Of a stretch of 64,000 nt of DNA, positions 30,378 through 39,786 are shown one piece after another. Position 1 is the first letter of the stretch, and each line of letters begins with the position of its first letter. This stretch comes from Promethearchaeia archaeon (lineage in GTDB: Archaea; Asgardarchaeota; Lokiarchaeia; Sigyniarchaeales; SOKP01), in assembly GCA_029856105.1 (NCBI GenBank), contig JAHQWH010000155.1:71699-135698 (forward strand). The letters are read 5' to 3'. The position numbers and the translations under genes were made by a program. The notes beneath the pieces are model-generated. The model saw only the letters and a list, made by a program, of their open reading frames with translations, ran no database searches and was not told where the DNA came from.

Positions 30378-30665
30378 ATGGCACAAGCAATAGTAAAAAA
30401 AACCATTTCCAAAAACCATATGGAGTGCGACCTCCCAACTTTAGCCCAGAACTTAGCACTTGAGGTGCTGGAGCCTCAGGTGCTGGTTCAAATCAACGAA
30501 GAAGCGAAGGTTGAATCAAGTTTACTAAAGAACAAGTTTTTGAGAGTGTTCAATAATATTAAATATAACGCGAGGATTTCGGAAGAGAAAGTCTGTATAA
30601 ATAATTATAAGGGGCAAGTAGACGCAAAGCTTCTTGGAGCTCGCAATTCCATGTTAAATTTCTAA
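30378..30665 (+). CDS. Hypothetical 95-aa protein ending GARNSMLNF (array member 1)
   Basis: ATG after A-rich leader AAAGTGAAAAAAA; coding-like composition between homopolymer-rich spacers. Confidence 0.7.
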   Translation: MAQAIVKKTISKNHMECDLPTLAQNLALEVLEPQVLVQINEEAKVESSLLKNKFLRVFNNIKYNARISEEKVCINNYKGQVDAKLLGARNSMLNF

Positions 30666-30734
30666 TTAAAAATATTTTTTTTTTAACCAGGAAAAAAACA
30701 AAAAAACCAGAAAAAAAAAACGAGGTAAAATAAA

Positions 30735-30809
30735 ATGGAAAAGTATGAGGAAAGAAGAAGAATAATAATTAAGAACGCAGGGTACGTTCCTAAGCGTTTA
30801 GATTTTTAA
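30735..30809 (+). CDS. Small peptide MEKYEERRRIIIKNAGYVPKRLDF (24 aa, array member 2)
   Basis: Hand-translated; SD-like GAGGT at 30722-30726; same G-x5-L-x-F terminus as its neighbours; followed by a T-tract. Confidence 0.65.
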   Translation: MEKYEERRRIIIKNAGYVPKRLDF

Positions 30810-30883
30810 ATTAAATTTTTTTTAATTCAAGATTTAACCAAAACAAATAAAAAAAAACAAAAAATAAAAACGAGTGAAAAAAA

Positions 30884-30961
30884 ATGAAAAGAAAAGAGAG
30901 AATATATAACAAAGCGATCCTAAACCCTACGGGATATAATACTGCAACATTAAGATTTTAA
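30884..30961 (+). CDS. Small peptide MKRKERIYNKAILNPTGYNTATLRF (25 aa, array member 3)
   Basis: Hand-translated; leader AAAAACGAGTGAAAAAAA resembles those of members 1 and 2; G-x5-L-x-F terminus; followed by a T-tract. Confidence 0.65.
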   Translation: MKRKERIYNKAILNPTGYNTATLRF

Positions 30962-31179
30962 ATTAATTTTTTTTTAATTTTTATTTTTAAACATTTTAGA
31001 TAGTTCTTTAAACTGTTTTCGCCCATTTTTAGAAATTAAGTAGCGACCTTCTTCTATTTTGAAAATAAATCCCTATCAGAGAGCAGACATAAATATTTTG
31101 ATATATTTGGTTGAGAGAAACTGAGAGGTTTGTGATTTACGATATTGAAAATTAAAAAAAATTAAATTTAATTAAAATT

Positions 31180-32091
31180 TTAACTAAATACACTGGTTCC
31201 TTCCTGCTCTAAGAGATTTCGAATCTTTGTGAGATAACTTCTTTTATAAAGTTGAAGCTTTGATTCAGAAAAAGGTAATAAACTCCAATAATAGACCAGA
31301 ATCTCTTCAGGATGTAATCTGTGCTGGTTGTTGTAAGGGTCGATTTCTTCGCACAAGTCAAACAATTTTTGGGGAGCGTTAATGAATTTTGGTCGATTGT
31401 TTTCATATAAAGGCAAGCATTTATTATCTTTCATTTCAGACTCAAGAAAAGTAAAACGGAAATATTCAAAGAAGTACCCACCATTATAAGGGGTTTTTGA
31501 ATAGAGAAAAGGAACTGCTTTTATTTGAGCCCCGTTGATCTGAAATTCTACATAGGAATTCTTCCCAATAGTATCAGGATTTGACACATATAGGTGTTTA
31601 TATTCTTTAGGGATATCTAATTCAGGACAAGCTGTAAATCCTAGTTTAAGATATAACTCATTCCTAAATTTTGGGTTAGTAGTGCTAATTACATGAAAAA
31701 GTTCGTGTGCGATTAGTTCTTTTAATTCGTCGTATGGCCATTGAACCATAGAAATTGGGACGTAGATACACGTATTCCTCGTATAAGCAGCATCACATTC
31801 CTCTCGACCTGTAGTTTTTATAAGCTTAACGCTGTCCAATAAGTATTCTTTGTACGGCGCGTAGCAAATGTCCAATTCACTGAAAATTCTATTAACGATA
31901 GTTTCCTCAGAATTTGTCCATTCAACCGTTTGTCGGGAAAGAAATTCCAATAAGTCTTCTTTCGATACCTTTTCCGTGGTTCCTAAGCGAGACTGTAAAT
32001 CAAACTCGCTAAAATTAGAAATATAATCGTCTTTTTCGGCGATTATGGAGGATGCTATTTTTGCATCAATAAGTTCAGCCTTCAAATACAT
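31180..32091 (-). CDS. Putative zinc metallopeptidase (zincin HExxH)
   Basis: AAYTR...ELIAHELFHVIS, SNPD, downstream HPEEI as possible third ligand. Confidence 0.7.
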   Translation of the reverse strand: MYLKAELIDAKIASSIIAEKDDYISNFSEFDLQSRLGTTEKVSKEDLLEFLSRQTVEWTNSEETIVNRIFSELDICYAPYKEYLLDSVKLIKTTGREECDAAYTRNTCIYVPISMVQWPYDELKELIAHELFHVISTTNPKFRNELYLKLGFTACPELDIPKEYKHLYVSNPDTIGKNSYVEFQINGAQIKAVPFLYSKTPYNGGYFFEYFRFTFLESEMKDNKCLPLYENNRPKFINAPQKLFDLCEEIDPYNNQHRLHPEEILVYYWSLLPFSESKLQLYKRSYLTKIRNLLEQEGTSVFS

Positions 32092-32428
32092 TTCACCCTA
32101 GTAAAAAATGCAAATGGATTTAATGATGAAAATTATGAGATTGTATTTAAAAAAACAGAGGGTAAAAAATTAGTATTCAGTCGAAATTGATATTAAAACC
32201 TCTCCTTATTTCCGTGATTTATGATATTATTTTTTTAATATTTAATATTTATATGGTATGTATGGGTAACTGTTATTTAGCAAACAAAATATGGTTAGAG
32301 AGTATTACTAATTGTCTAAAATCTAAATCTACAAATTAGCTAAAGGTGGGAAAGAAATAGTAAATAATAGATTAATAAAAAAAATAACTACAAGAATACT
32401 AACAGATAGTTCTGAAATTTTAACATAT

Positions 32429-33382
32429 TTGCAATTTGGAACTAATATTCCAATTCTACCCGATCTTTCAAAATACATTTTACATGATCTGGAGTACTTT
32501 AAAGCAAAATCCATTTTGCTATTAGAAGGTGGAAATCCTGCTGGACAAGTATTAGTATATGATGATGGGCGAGATACGTTATTTTTTGGATATTTTGGCA
32601 TATTGAACCATAATAGTGCTAAAATAAATTTTCTAATTGATGAACTTATTAAATATGCGAAAGAAAAAGATTTAAAATTTATAAGAGGACCAATCAATAT
32701 ACCGGTGATTATTTATGGATGGGGTTTTATGACAGAAGGAAGTTTAGAAAATTTGTTTATAGGAAAACCCGTGAATCCTCCAATATATCCAAATTCATTC
32801 TTAAAGAAGAAATTTTATGTAAAATCTGAACAGGTGACTTGGTTAGGTCCCCGTTTACCTCGATTTGATCCATGGAAACTCAAGAAATATGATTATAGTG
32901 ATTACGAATATTTTTACCCTAATGATATCGCTGATTTTAAAAAGTATAAATCCGAATTTTTAAGAATTCACGCAGAAAACTTGCCCCTCTCCGCTCAAAT
33001 TACTCCGAATATAAGTGGGGTTTATGATAGTTATGTAGATTTTGTTTTTAGATATGGATTTAACTTTATGGTTTTTTTTGTAAAATTTAAACCTACAGAA
33101 AAAATTGTTGCGTGTGGAGCTTATTTACCAAATCCTTTTAGAAAGGATTCAAAAGGAAACTACGATTCTTGTGTGATTTATACATGGGCAGTTGAATCTA
33201 AACATAGGCGTAAGGGGTTAGGGATGCTAATGTATGGGGCTACTTCTCAATTACTTTGGAAACATAAAATTAAATTTGGTATCGGACCTATGCCTAAAAG
33301 TAATACTGCCAATATGGGTTTTGCGGTGAAACTTGGTGGTGTTATTAGTAGAACTCATCTTATTTTTGAATACAAGGTATAA
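32429..33382 (+). CDS. GNAT-fold acyltransferase-like protein (YghO-like)
   Basis: LFFGYF, IRGPIN, G.P.NPP.Y motifs and C-terminal AVESKHRRKGLG acyl-CoA-binding motif. Frame is open back to about 32327, so the start may be earlier. Confidence 0.7.
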   Translation: MQFGTNIPILPDLSKYILHDLEYFKAKSILLLEGGNPAGQVLVYDDGRDTLFFGYFGILNHNSAKINFLIDELIKYAKEKDLKFIRGPINIPVIIYGWGFMTEGSLENLFIGKPVNPPIYPNSFLKKKFYVKSEQVTWLGPRLPRFDPWKLKKYDYSDYEYFYPNDIADFKKYKSEFLRIHAENLPLSAQITPNISGVYDSYVDFVFRYGFNFMVFFVKFKPTEKIVACGAYLPNPFRKDSKGNYDSCVIYTWAVESKHRRKGLGMLMYGATSQLLWKHKIKFGIGPMPKSNTANMGFAVKLGGVISRTHLIFEYKV

Positions 33383-33507
33383 TAAAAATAATAGGTTATG
33401 CTCATAATGTAGATAGGAGATATTAAATAATGACAAAATCGGCAGGATTAGACTCATAAATCTAAAGAAAATGAAGGAAATTAAATATTATATTGATATA
33501 AATTAAA

Positions 33508-33846
33508 TCATAAAGGGAAATTAGAGCGAAATGAAGTTCCTTTTTTTCCTTTAATCAAATCTTTAATGTCCTGTTCTATTAATCTAAAATTATTATCTCC
33601 TTCAACTTTAATTTCATATATTGGTTTAAAATTCTTTTTGTTTTGAGTATCAAGATTATTTTCGAATAAACGGATTAAATAAGAACAAGGAGCATCAATA
33701 ATTGATATTATTATCCGCTTCCTATTTTCTTCTTCATTAGCATTAAATTTTACATTTTGTAAAGTGATTTCACACATATTTACGAATCTTTTAATTTTTA
33801 ATTGATAATTATTATCCAGTTTTTCTAATGCCGCTAAAAGATTCAA
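33508..33846 (-). CDS. Hypothetical protein
   Basis: 112-aa ORF filling an intergenic gap; no motif recognised; start uncertain. Confidence 0.5.
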   Translation of the reverse strand: MNLLAALEKLDNNYQLKIKRFVNMCEITLQNVKFNANEEENRKRIIISIIDAPCSYLIRLFENNLDTQNKKNFKPIYEIKVEGDNNFRLIEQDIKDLIKGKKGTSFRSNFPL

Positions 33847-34038
33847 AACATTATCGGGAATATCATCTATCGCTTTAATATAATCATCCTAAATTAATAA
33901 TTTAAAAAATTTCTATACAAACCTATTATGAAAGAATTTCTTTATAAATTCAATTTTTCAAGGATTAAAATAAATAAGTCGGGAAAAAAGAATTGCTATT
34001 TGATTTTAGAGTTATTTTAATTAAAAAAAAATATTTTT

Positions 34039-34755
34039 TTATAACTCACGCCCGATTCCATAATAAATAAAAATTGCTGAGGAGATCATTAAAAAAAAAG
34101 TAATTACAACCCACACCGACCTAAAAAGAGGGTCTTGCCACGTGATATAAAGAACTGCCCCATAAAGTATTAAATACATCCCAAAAACACCAATAATAAA
34201 AGTTACGAGTTTCTTCTTTAGTATTTTATCTTGAAATGTTTTTATTAAGCGTCTTGAATATATCATTGTTGGTATAACAATACATACTGTAAAAAAAATA
34301 TAAATACACATAAAAAAAGTCCAACTATAAATCGGTCGCCACTGTTCGGTAAATGTAATTCCATTGGGAATAAAAAAAATTAAACAATTAACAAAACCGT
34401 AAATTATTGTAATAATCAATTGTTTTTTTATTGTGAATATAAATTCAAGCTTAAGTATGCTAACTATAAATGTAAGGATAAAAATAGGTGAAAACAGCAT
34501 TGGAAAAAATGTGAATAAGTAAAGTATTTGTAACAACAACACATTGTCAGGTATAAATGCTGCTATTACAATAAAAATTGCATTAAATATCAGTCCGAAA
34601 GCTGTAAAAAAATAAACCATGCTTAAAGTAATAATGGGACGCGGTCGGTTACGTATTAGTAATTTTACCGCGATAAACAAAAATATACTTGCTACAATCA
34701 ACTGTGGGATAAAAATGGTTAATATTCTTGACGGATCGATTGATTGTAATATCAT
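34039..34755 (-). CDS. Stand-alone seven-transmembrane protein (HisKA_7TM-like sensor fold)
   Basis: Seven hydrophobic segments, basic loop RRLIKTFQDKILKKKL before TM6, no cytoplasmic output domain. Confidence 0.65.
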   Translation of the reverse strand: MILQSIDPSRILTIFIPQLIVASIFLFIAVKLLIRNRPRPIITLSMVYFFTAFGLIFNAIFIVIAAFIPDNVLLLQILYLFTFFPMLFSPIFILTFIVSILKLEFIFTIKKQLIITIIYGFVNCLIFFIPNGITFTEQWRPIYSWTFFMCIYIFFTVCIVIPTMIYSRRLIKTFQDKILKKKLVTFIIGVFGMYLILYGAVLYITWQDPLFRSVWVVITFFLMISSAIFIYYGIGREL

Positions 34756-34879
34756 TGTTATAACACTAAGATTTATTAACCAGTTAGTTAATTTAATATA
34801 TTATTTCTATATTATTTATTGTTCAATCTTTTATTTAAGTGTAATAATGTGGGAATATAAATTAAATGTTTATTTGTAT

Positions 34880-35731
34880 TTAGAATTTGAAATTTATTGA
34901 TTTTGATTGAAAATAATCATATCCAATTATTTGGGGGGCAAGAATCATCCTTTTTATTTTTAGAACTCCCGAAAAAATCACCTCAAAAGTAAGATACGAA
35001 GCAGCTATTCTTACTATAGGTGCCATTGATATAAAAGGAAGATTTCCTGAAAATATTCCGTCAATAGCACCTTTTTCACGATCATAGTGAGAGATTAGTT
35101 CGGGGAACTGTGTCAATTTATCTAGAACCTGCCTTTTAATTTCAAATAAAACCGATTTTGATTGATAAATTTCGGGAATTGTCATTTTTTTTGTTGTAAA
35201 GCCGTAGCAAGTCTCGTAATCCTGGCTTTCAGGAGTAAACCACCACGCCCAGAGGTAAGGCACCGCCCATGCCTCTAGCATTAAAATCTTTAATTCTCTA
35301 CATTTACGCGAAATCAGTATAGAAGCAATAGGATCATCTAAAGTTAAAGCCACAACGGAAGAACCCTCTATAATATTTAATACATTTCGCTCGTTAACTT
35401 CGTAATACTTACATACATTAATATTGGGGTTAATATTCTTTATTAATTTTTCAACTACATCGACTTTATATTTACCTATATCTGCTCTTACGCATACTTG
35501 TCTGTTTAAATTAGATTCTTCAAACTTGTCGTTATCGCAAATAACAAGATTTTCACATCCAGAACGAGCAAGTTGTTCCGTCAGAGGTCCACCAAGACCT
35601 CCTTGACCAAGGATTGTAATTCGAGCTTTACGAAGTTGTTCTTGTTCAAGAAATGTTACGAGCCCGATATTTCTATTAATTTGATTCCAATACGACTGAG
35701 ACCAATTTTTTGGTCGTTTATCTTCAAACAT
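34880..35731 (-). CDS. ThiF/MoeB/E1-like adenylyltransferase
   Basis: RNIGLVT..EQ..L, GQGGLGG, DNDKFEESNLNRQ, GKYK; no CxxC zinc pairs. Confidence 0.9.
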   Translation of the reverse strand: MFEDKRPKNWSQSYWNQINRNIGLVTFLEQEQLRKARITILGQGGLGGPLTEQLARSGCENLVICDNDKFEESNLNRQVCVRADIGKYKVDVVEKLIKNINPNINVCKYYEVNERNVLNIIEGSSVVALTLDDPIASILISRKCRELKILMLEAWAVPYLWAWWFTPESQDYETCYGFTTKKMTIPEIYQSKSVLFEIKRQVLDKLTQFPELISHYDREKGAIDGIFSGNLPFISMAPIVRIAASYLTFEVIFSGVLKIKRMILAPQIIGYDYFQSKSINFKF

Positions 35732-35882
35732 AATAATCTGATTTTAATGATTAAATAACACATTTCAAGTTATTATACACTCTATTGCAGTTTTGGTTTA
35801 ACTAATTCCCTTACTCTATAATCCTTGAACTGATTTTCATCGGAGATATGCTAAAACATATTTTCCATTTAATAAAAAGAAT

Positions 35883-37130
35883 TTACGTTTTTTTTATTTC
35901 TTTAAAGTATTTTATAATTTTAAGAAACTCTGCCGTTTCTGGAATTAATTTGATATCTTTATTTGATACTTTTTCGTGATACACAAACAATACTTGGTCT
36001 TCATAGGAATTTGTCGCTTTATTGTACTTGAAAGCGGGAATGTAGCCTGTTGGTTTAAATCCAGCATTAAAGAAAATCGTTTGATGTGCGGGATCATAAG
36101 CGGATAAATATGCTTCAAAATAGCGTAGTTTCAATTCCTGAGTTATTGATTTTATCTCTTCTATAAACACATATAACTCCTCTAAATTTGAAACTTTATA
36201 AACCACTTTTTCTGCGATACAGATATTATCGTAGTGTAAAAATTCAAAGAAAGAATTAGTTCCTTTTATCGAAATTGTAATTAGTTCGTTACCAAACTTG
36301 TCTCTTTCAACCTTTCTCTTTAGAAGCGAGTTTATGTTTACTATTTTATCCTTATCCAATTTCGACTCTAAAGTATCGTAACTCTTTATCGTAGGCAGTT
36401 CTAAACTATATTTTTGAAAAGCGTAAAAATAACAGAATATCGCCTGAGATATTATTTTAGGTTTTTCAGAGCTTCTGTAATTAAATAGCGATTTCCGATT
36501 GTAAATAGTAAATAAGATTTCTGATTCAGAATGGTTAAAAAATATGTCCTTATTAGGAAAAAACGCTGTTGGGTTAAATCCTGTTAACTTTGCTATATAT
36601 TGTATACTAGAAAAACTTGAACGAATTTCAGCAAACCAAATTAATATTTGATCTTTAAATTTGTACATAGGAGCTATCACACAAGCGATACTCGCAGTGG
36701 ATATGTCTGCTTCATGTTGATAATTCTTTCTAAAGGCGAAACCAAAAAAATTTCCGATTTTATTTTTAAAATCAAGGTGAAAGCCAATACATCCTATTGC
36801 TTTATCGGGTTTAAATCTAAAAATTATCCAATAATAATTAGGACTTCTTATCATGCTCCGAACCTCAGAGATATCCTCCATTCTTTTATAAGGATAAGTA
36901 TTTTCGTAAACTTCCTTGAAGATATTTGTGATTTCCTCTGCGTCCTCTTCTGTGGCAAACTTTAATGAGGGTATTTTCTTTCCGTTCCTTCTGGAGTTTT
37001 CAAATTCATACCCTTTTTCTAAATCCATTTCCCTTGAGTAAGGATAATTATTGAGCATATCCTCAATAGTAATGATATCCTCTTTAGATTTAGAAATATT
37101 TTTAGAAAACATAATTAAATGGTTATCCAT
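35883..37130 (-). CDS. Tandem GNAT-fold protein (AblB-like N-acyltransferase)
   Basis: ATEEDAEEI..IFKEVYENTYPY start of GNAT fold; repeated GF.PT(A/G)(F/Y).P motifs in both halves. Confidence 0.65.
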   Translation of the reverse strand: MDNHLIMFSKNISKSKEDIITIEDMLNNYPYSREMDLEKGYEFENSRRNGKKIPSLKFATEEDAEEITNIFKEVYENTYPYKRMEDISEVRSMIRSPNYYWIIFRFKPDKAIGCIGFHLDFKNKIGNFFGFAFRKNYQHEADISTASIACVIAPMYKFKDQILIWFAEIRSSFSSIQYIAKLTGFNPTAFFPNKDIFFNHSESEILFTIYNRKSLFNYRSSEKPKIISQAIFCYFYAFQKYSLELPTIKSYDTLESKLDKDKIVNINSLLKRKVERDKFGNELITISIKGTNSFFEFLHYDNICIAEKVVYKVSNLEELYVFIEEIKSITQELKLRYFEAYLSAYDPAHQTIFFNAGFKPTGYIPAFKYNKATNSYEDQVLFVYHEKVSNKDIKLIPETAEFLKIIKYFKEIKKT

Positions 37131-37578
37131 GAGCTACTTAACATTATTATTATTTTATTATTAAATTTATGGAATATATAGAGGATAACTTATAATGACA
37201 ACTTATAAAGGAAAAATTTTCGTCAACAAAAAATGATTAAGTTGTTTAAATCTAATTAGTTACCAGTTACTAGATGTATAACTCGTTTTTAAAATTGTCA
37301 AAAGAGAGCTTAAAATTAAATTTTAAAATTAAGATTATTACTATTGATTTTAATTACTACTTCGGAATAATCTTCAAAAGGTTCATTTTTTACACGAATC
37401 AAACTTGGAAAGAAATTTCTACAAGATTGTTGAAAAAAATCTTCACCAATTTTTTTAATCGTTCGAAGTTTGAGTAAAGTTCACGATTCGAAAATATTAA
37501 TAGCATCATACTTATCAGATACTAAAAGAAATGGAATTTTAGTATTTAAAATCAAATTATTAGGAGTTTTGAAAAAGA

Positions 37579-38874
37579 ATGGAAGAATTAACTACGAAAA
37601 AAACGTTTAGGCATTACCTTTATTTTATGTTTGGGCAACAGTTTTCGCTGTAAGGCTCAGGGATTGTAGGTTTTGTAATAGCTTGGTGGATTACGATTGA
37701 AACACAGAGTGCTATATTTCTTTCAATCGCAGTATTTTTAATATTTTTACCTCAAGTTATTGTTACGCCATTTGCAGGCGTTTTAGCTGATAGGATGAAC
37801 CGCAAAACGATTATCTTTATGGTAGATTCTCTTCAAGCGGTTTTAACTTTTGGTCTGTTTCTATTTTTCTTTATAGGATATATCAATATTTGGTTGATAT
37901 TTGTAATACATACTTTGCGCAGCGTTCTTTTTGCGTTTCAGGTGCCCGCATTTCAAGCGATTATTCCATCTATGGTCCCAAAAGAAAGATTAACTCGAAT
38001 TAATGAACTTAATTTTCTTATTTCGGGAGTGGTTTTTATAATAGGACCCTTATTATCTGCTATACTTTTAGAGTTGTTTCCAATAACATTCATCTTTTTA
38101 ATCGATGTTCTAACCTTCGTTATAGCGCTTATTCCGTTGCTATTAATAACAATTCCCAATGAAGCGAAATCCTCGAAGGAGTCAGAATCAGAAAAGAAAT
38201 CGTTCACGAGAGAATTTAAGGAAGACTTCCTTGTCGTAAAAGCAATCCCAGGTCTTTTAAGCATGATAATATTTGCTATGATTTTTAACTTCATAAATAG
38301 ACCTTTTAACGTATTATGGCCTTACTTTATAAACATAACCCATGATGGAACAGCGTTGCATTTGGCGTTTCTTTTTGGTTCTATGCAGATAGGAAGACTA
38401 CTTGGCTCTTTAATTACGTCACTCAAAAAGGAGTGGAAACATAAGATCAAAATTAATCTAATTGGAGCGACGATATTTTTTGCCGCGTATTTACTAATAA
38501 GTATTGCACCCTATCGAAATTTTAATTTAATGATGATTGGTGGATTCCTCGGTGCGATAATATTTCCCATAACAGTAGCTACTTACTTAACGATATTACA
38601 AACAGTAATTCCTTCGGACAAAATTGGAAGAGTTATGTCAATAGACCATACGATTTCTATGGCAATAGCTCCTATTGGTGCTCTAATGGCTGGGTCTATG
38701 GCGGATTTAATTGGTATAAATACGCTATTTACGATTTGCTCTTTAATGGGTATTTTTTATCCCGTTCTCTTATGGTTTTTCACAAAGATTAGATATCTTG
38801 AACATACTCGAGAAGAGGATATAAAAGTTGTGCCTCAAGAAGAAATTATAGAATTAAAAGCTCAAGAAGCTTAA
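37579..38874 (+). pseudogene. MFS transporter (MefA/DHA3-like) interrupted by in-frame TAA at 37651-37653
   Basis: ATG 37579 reads MEELTTKKTFRHYLYFMFGQQFSL*GSGIVGFVIAWWIT...PFAGVLADRMNRK, in frame with the track ORF at 37795. Confidence 0.8.
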
Positions 38875-38951
38875 TTTTAATTTTTTTTATTTTTTTTTAT
38901 CTAAAAATCAGGTTAAATAATTTTTTATAAGACTATAGTAATAATTATACT

Positions 38952-39755
38952 ATGGAGAACAAAGTAGAAGGAAAAGTAAATTCCGAATTCGAGCAGAAGA
39001 AAGGGCAAGTTGTGGAACTACCCATTTTAGACTTCCTTAAAATTAATTTTATTAGCTTCTTGGTTCCTCTTTATGCATGTTTAGGGCTTTTTTTACTATT
39101 TGAATATGGTTTTATTACCAATTTTTCAATTCCACAAATAATTCATTTCTTAATACTCCCTGGTTTCCTACTATTTCTTTATTTTATTTATCTTATTTTG
39201 TTAATTGAGTTCACAGCATTATGGGCTCGACGATGGAGTAAAAAATCACCTCCCAAAGAAGGAGTTTTCAAACGGATTTTAGATGATGTTAATAGCGAAG
39301 AAGGAAAGATGATGAAGTACTACCACAAAAGAGGATTTATAATAAAATATCCAATGTGGTTGACTTCCAAATCGCCTTTTCCTTGGCTCGTGAATCGCAC
39401 GCTAAGAAGGATTAGTCACAATAAAATAGGAAAGAACGTAATTTATTGCGATTCCTACGTAGGTTTAGAATTCACAGATTTAGGAGATAACACCTTTTTC
39501 TACCCTACGGCTGCATTATCGAGTCACGCCGTCAATACAATCTTTGGAAAGATAAGTATGATGGAAATAAAACTTGGAAAAAACACGACATTCTATCCTG
39601 GAATAATTGCCGGTCCCAACGCTTTAACAAAGGATAATAACGTTATTTTTCCAAATACGGTATTACATAAAAATTGGAGAGGGAAGCCAGATAAATACTA
39701 TTACCAAGGAAGCCCCGGAAGACCTATAGAAATCAAACATTTGGAAAAAAAGTAA
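38952..39755 (+). CDS. Membrane protein with C-terminal left-handed beta-helix (hexapeptide)-like domain
   Basis: Two N-terminal TM helices; KIGKNVIY, DLGDNTFF, KLGKNTTF hexapeptide-like repeats; terminal YQGSPGRPI. Confidence 0.65.
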   Translation: MENKVEGKVNSEFEQKKGQVVELPILDFLKINFISFLVPLYACLGLFLLFEYGFITNFSIPQIIHFLILPGFLLFLYFIYLILLIEFTALWARRWSKKSPPKEGVFKRILDDVNSEEGKMMKYYHKRGFIIKYPMWLTSKSPFPWLVNRTLRRISHNKIGKNVIYCDSYVGLEFTDLGDNTFFYPTAALSSHAVNTIFGKISMMEIKLGKNTTFYPGIIAGPNALTKDNNVIFPNTVLHKNWRGKPDKYYYQGSPGRPIEIKHLEKK

Positions 39756-39786
39756 GAGCTTTCTTACAATTTTATTTTATTTTAAA

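Noticed and set aside
30330-30990. Repeated units considered as a CRISPR array or ncRNA
   Set aside because: No identical 25-45 bp repeats with regular spacers and no cas genes; similarity is in homopolymer leaders and peptide termini.
31021-31140. Slightly GC-richer intergenic stretch considered as tRNA or ncRNA
   Set aside because: No cloverleaf, T-loop motif or stable stems visible.
34039-34755. 7TM protein considered as a rhodopsin or true GPCR
   Set aside because: No retinal-binding Lys in TM7 and no DRY/NPxxY motifs; only the helix count matches.
34880-35731. ThiF protein considered as the E1 of an Asgard ubiquitin system
   Set aside because: No ubiquitin-like, E2, RING or JAB gene nearby; zinc motifs of canonical E1/MoeB absent.
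37274-37477. 67-aa ORF in the divergent GNAT/MFS intergenic region
   Set aside because: F/K/I/N-rich composition typical of translated AT-rich promoter DNA.
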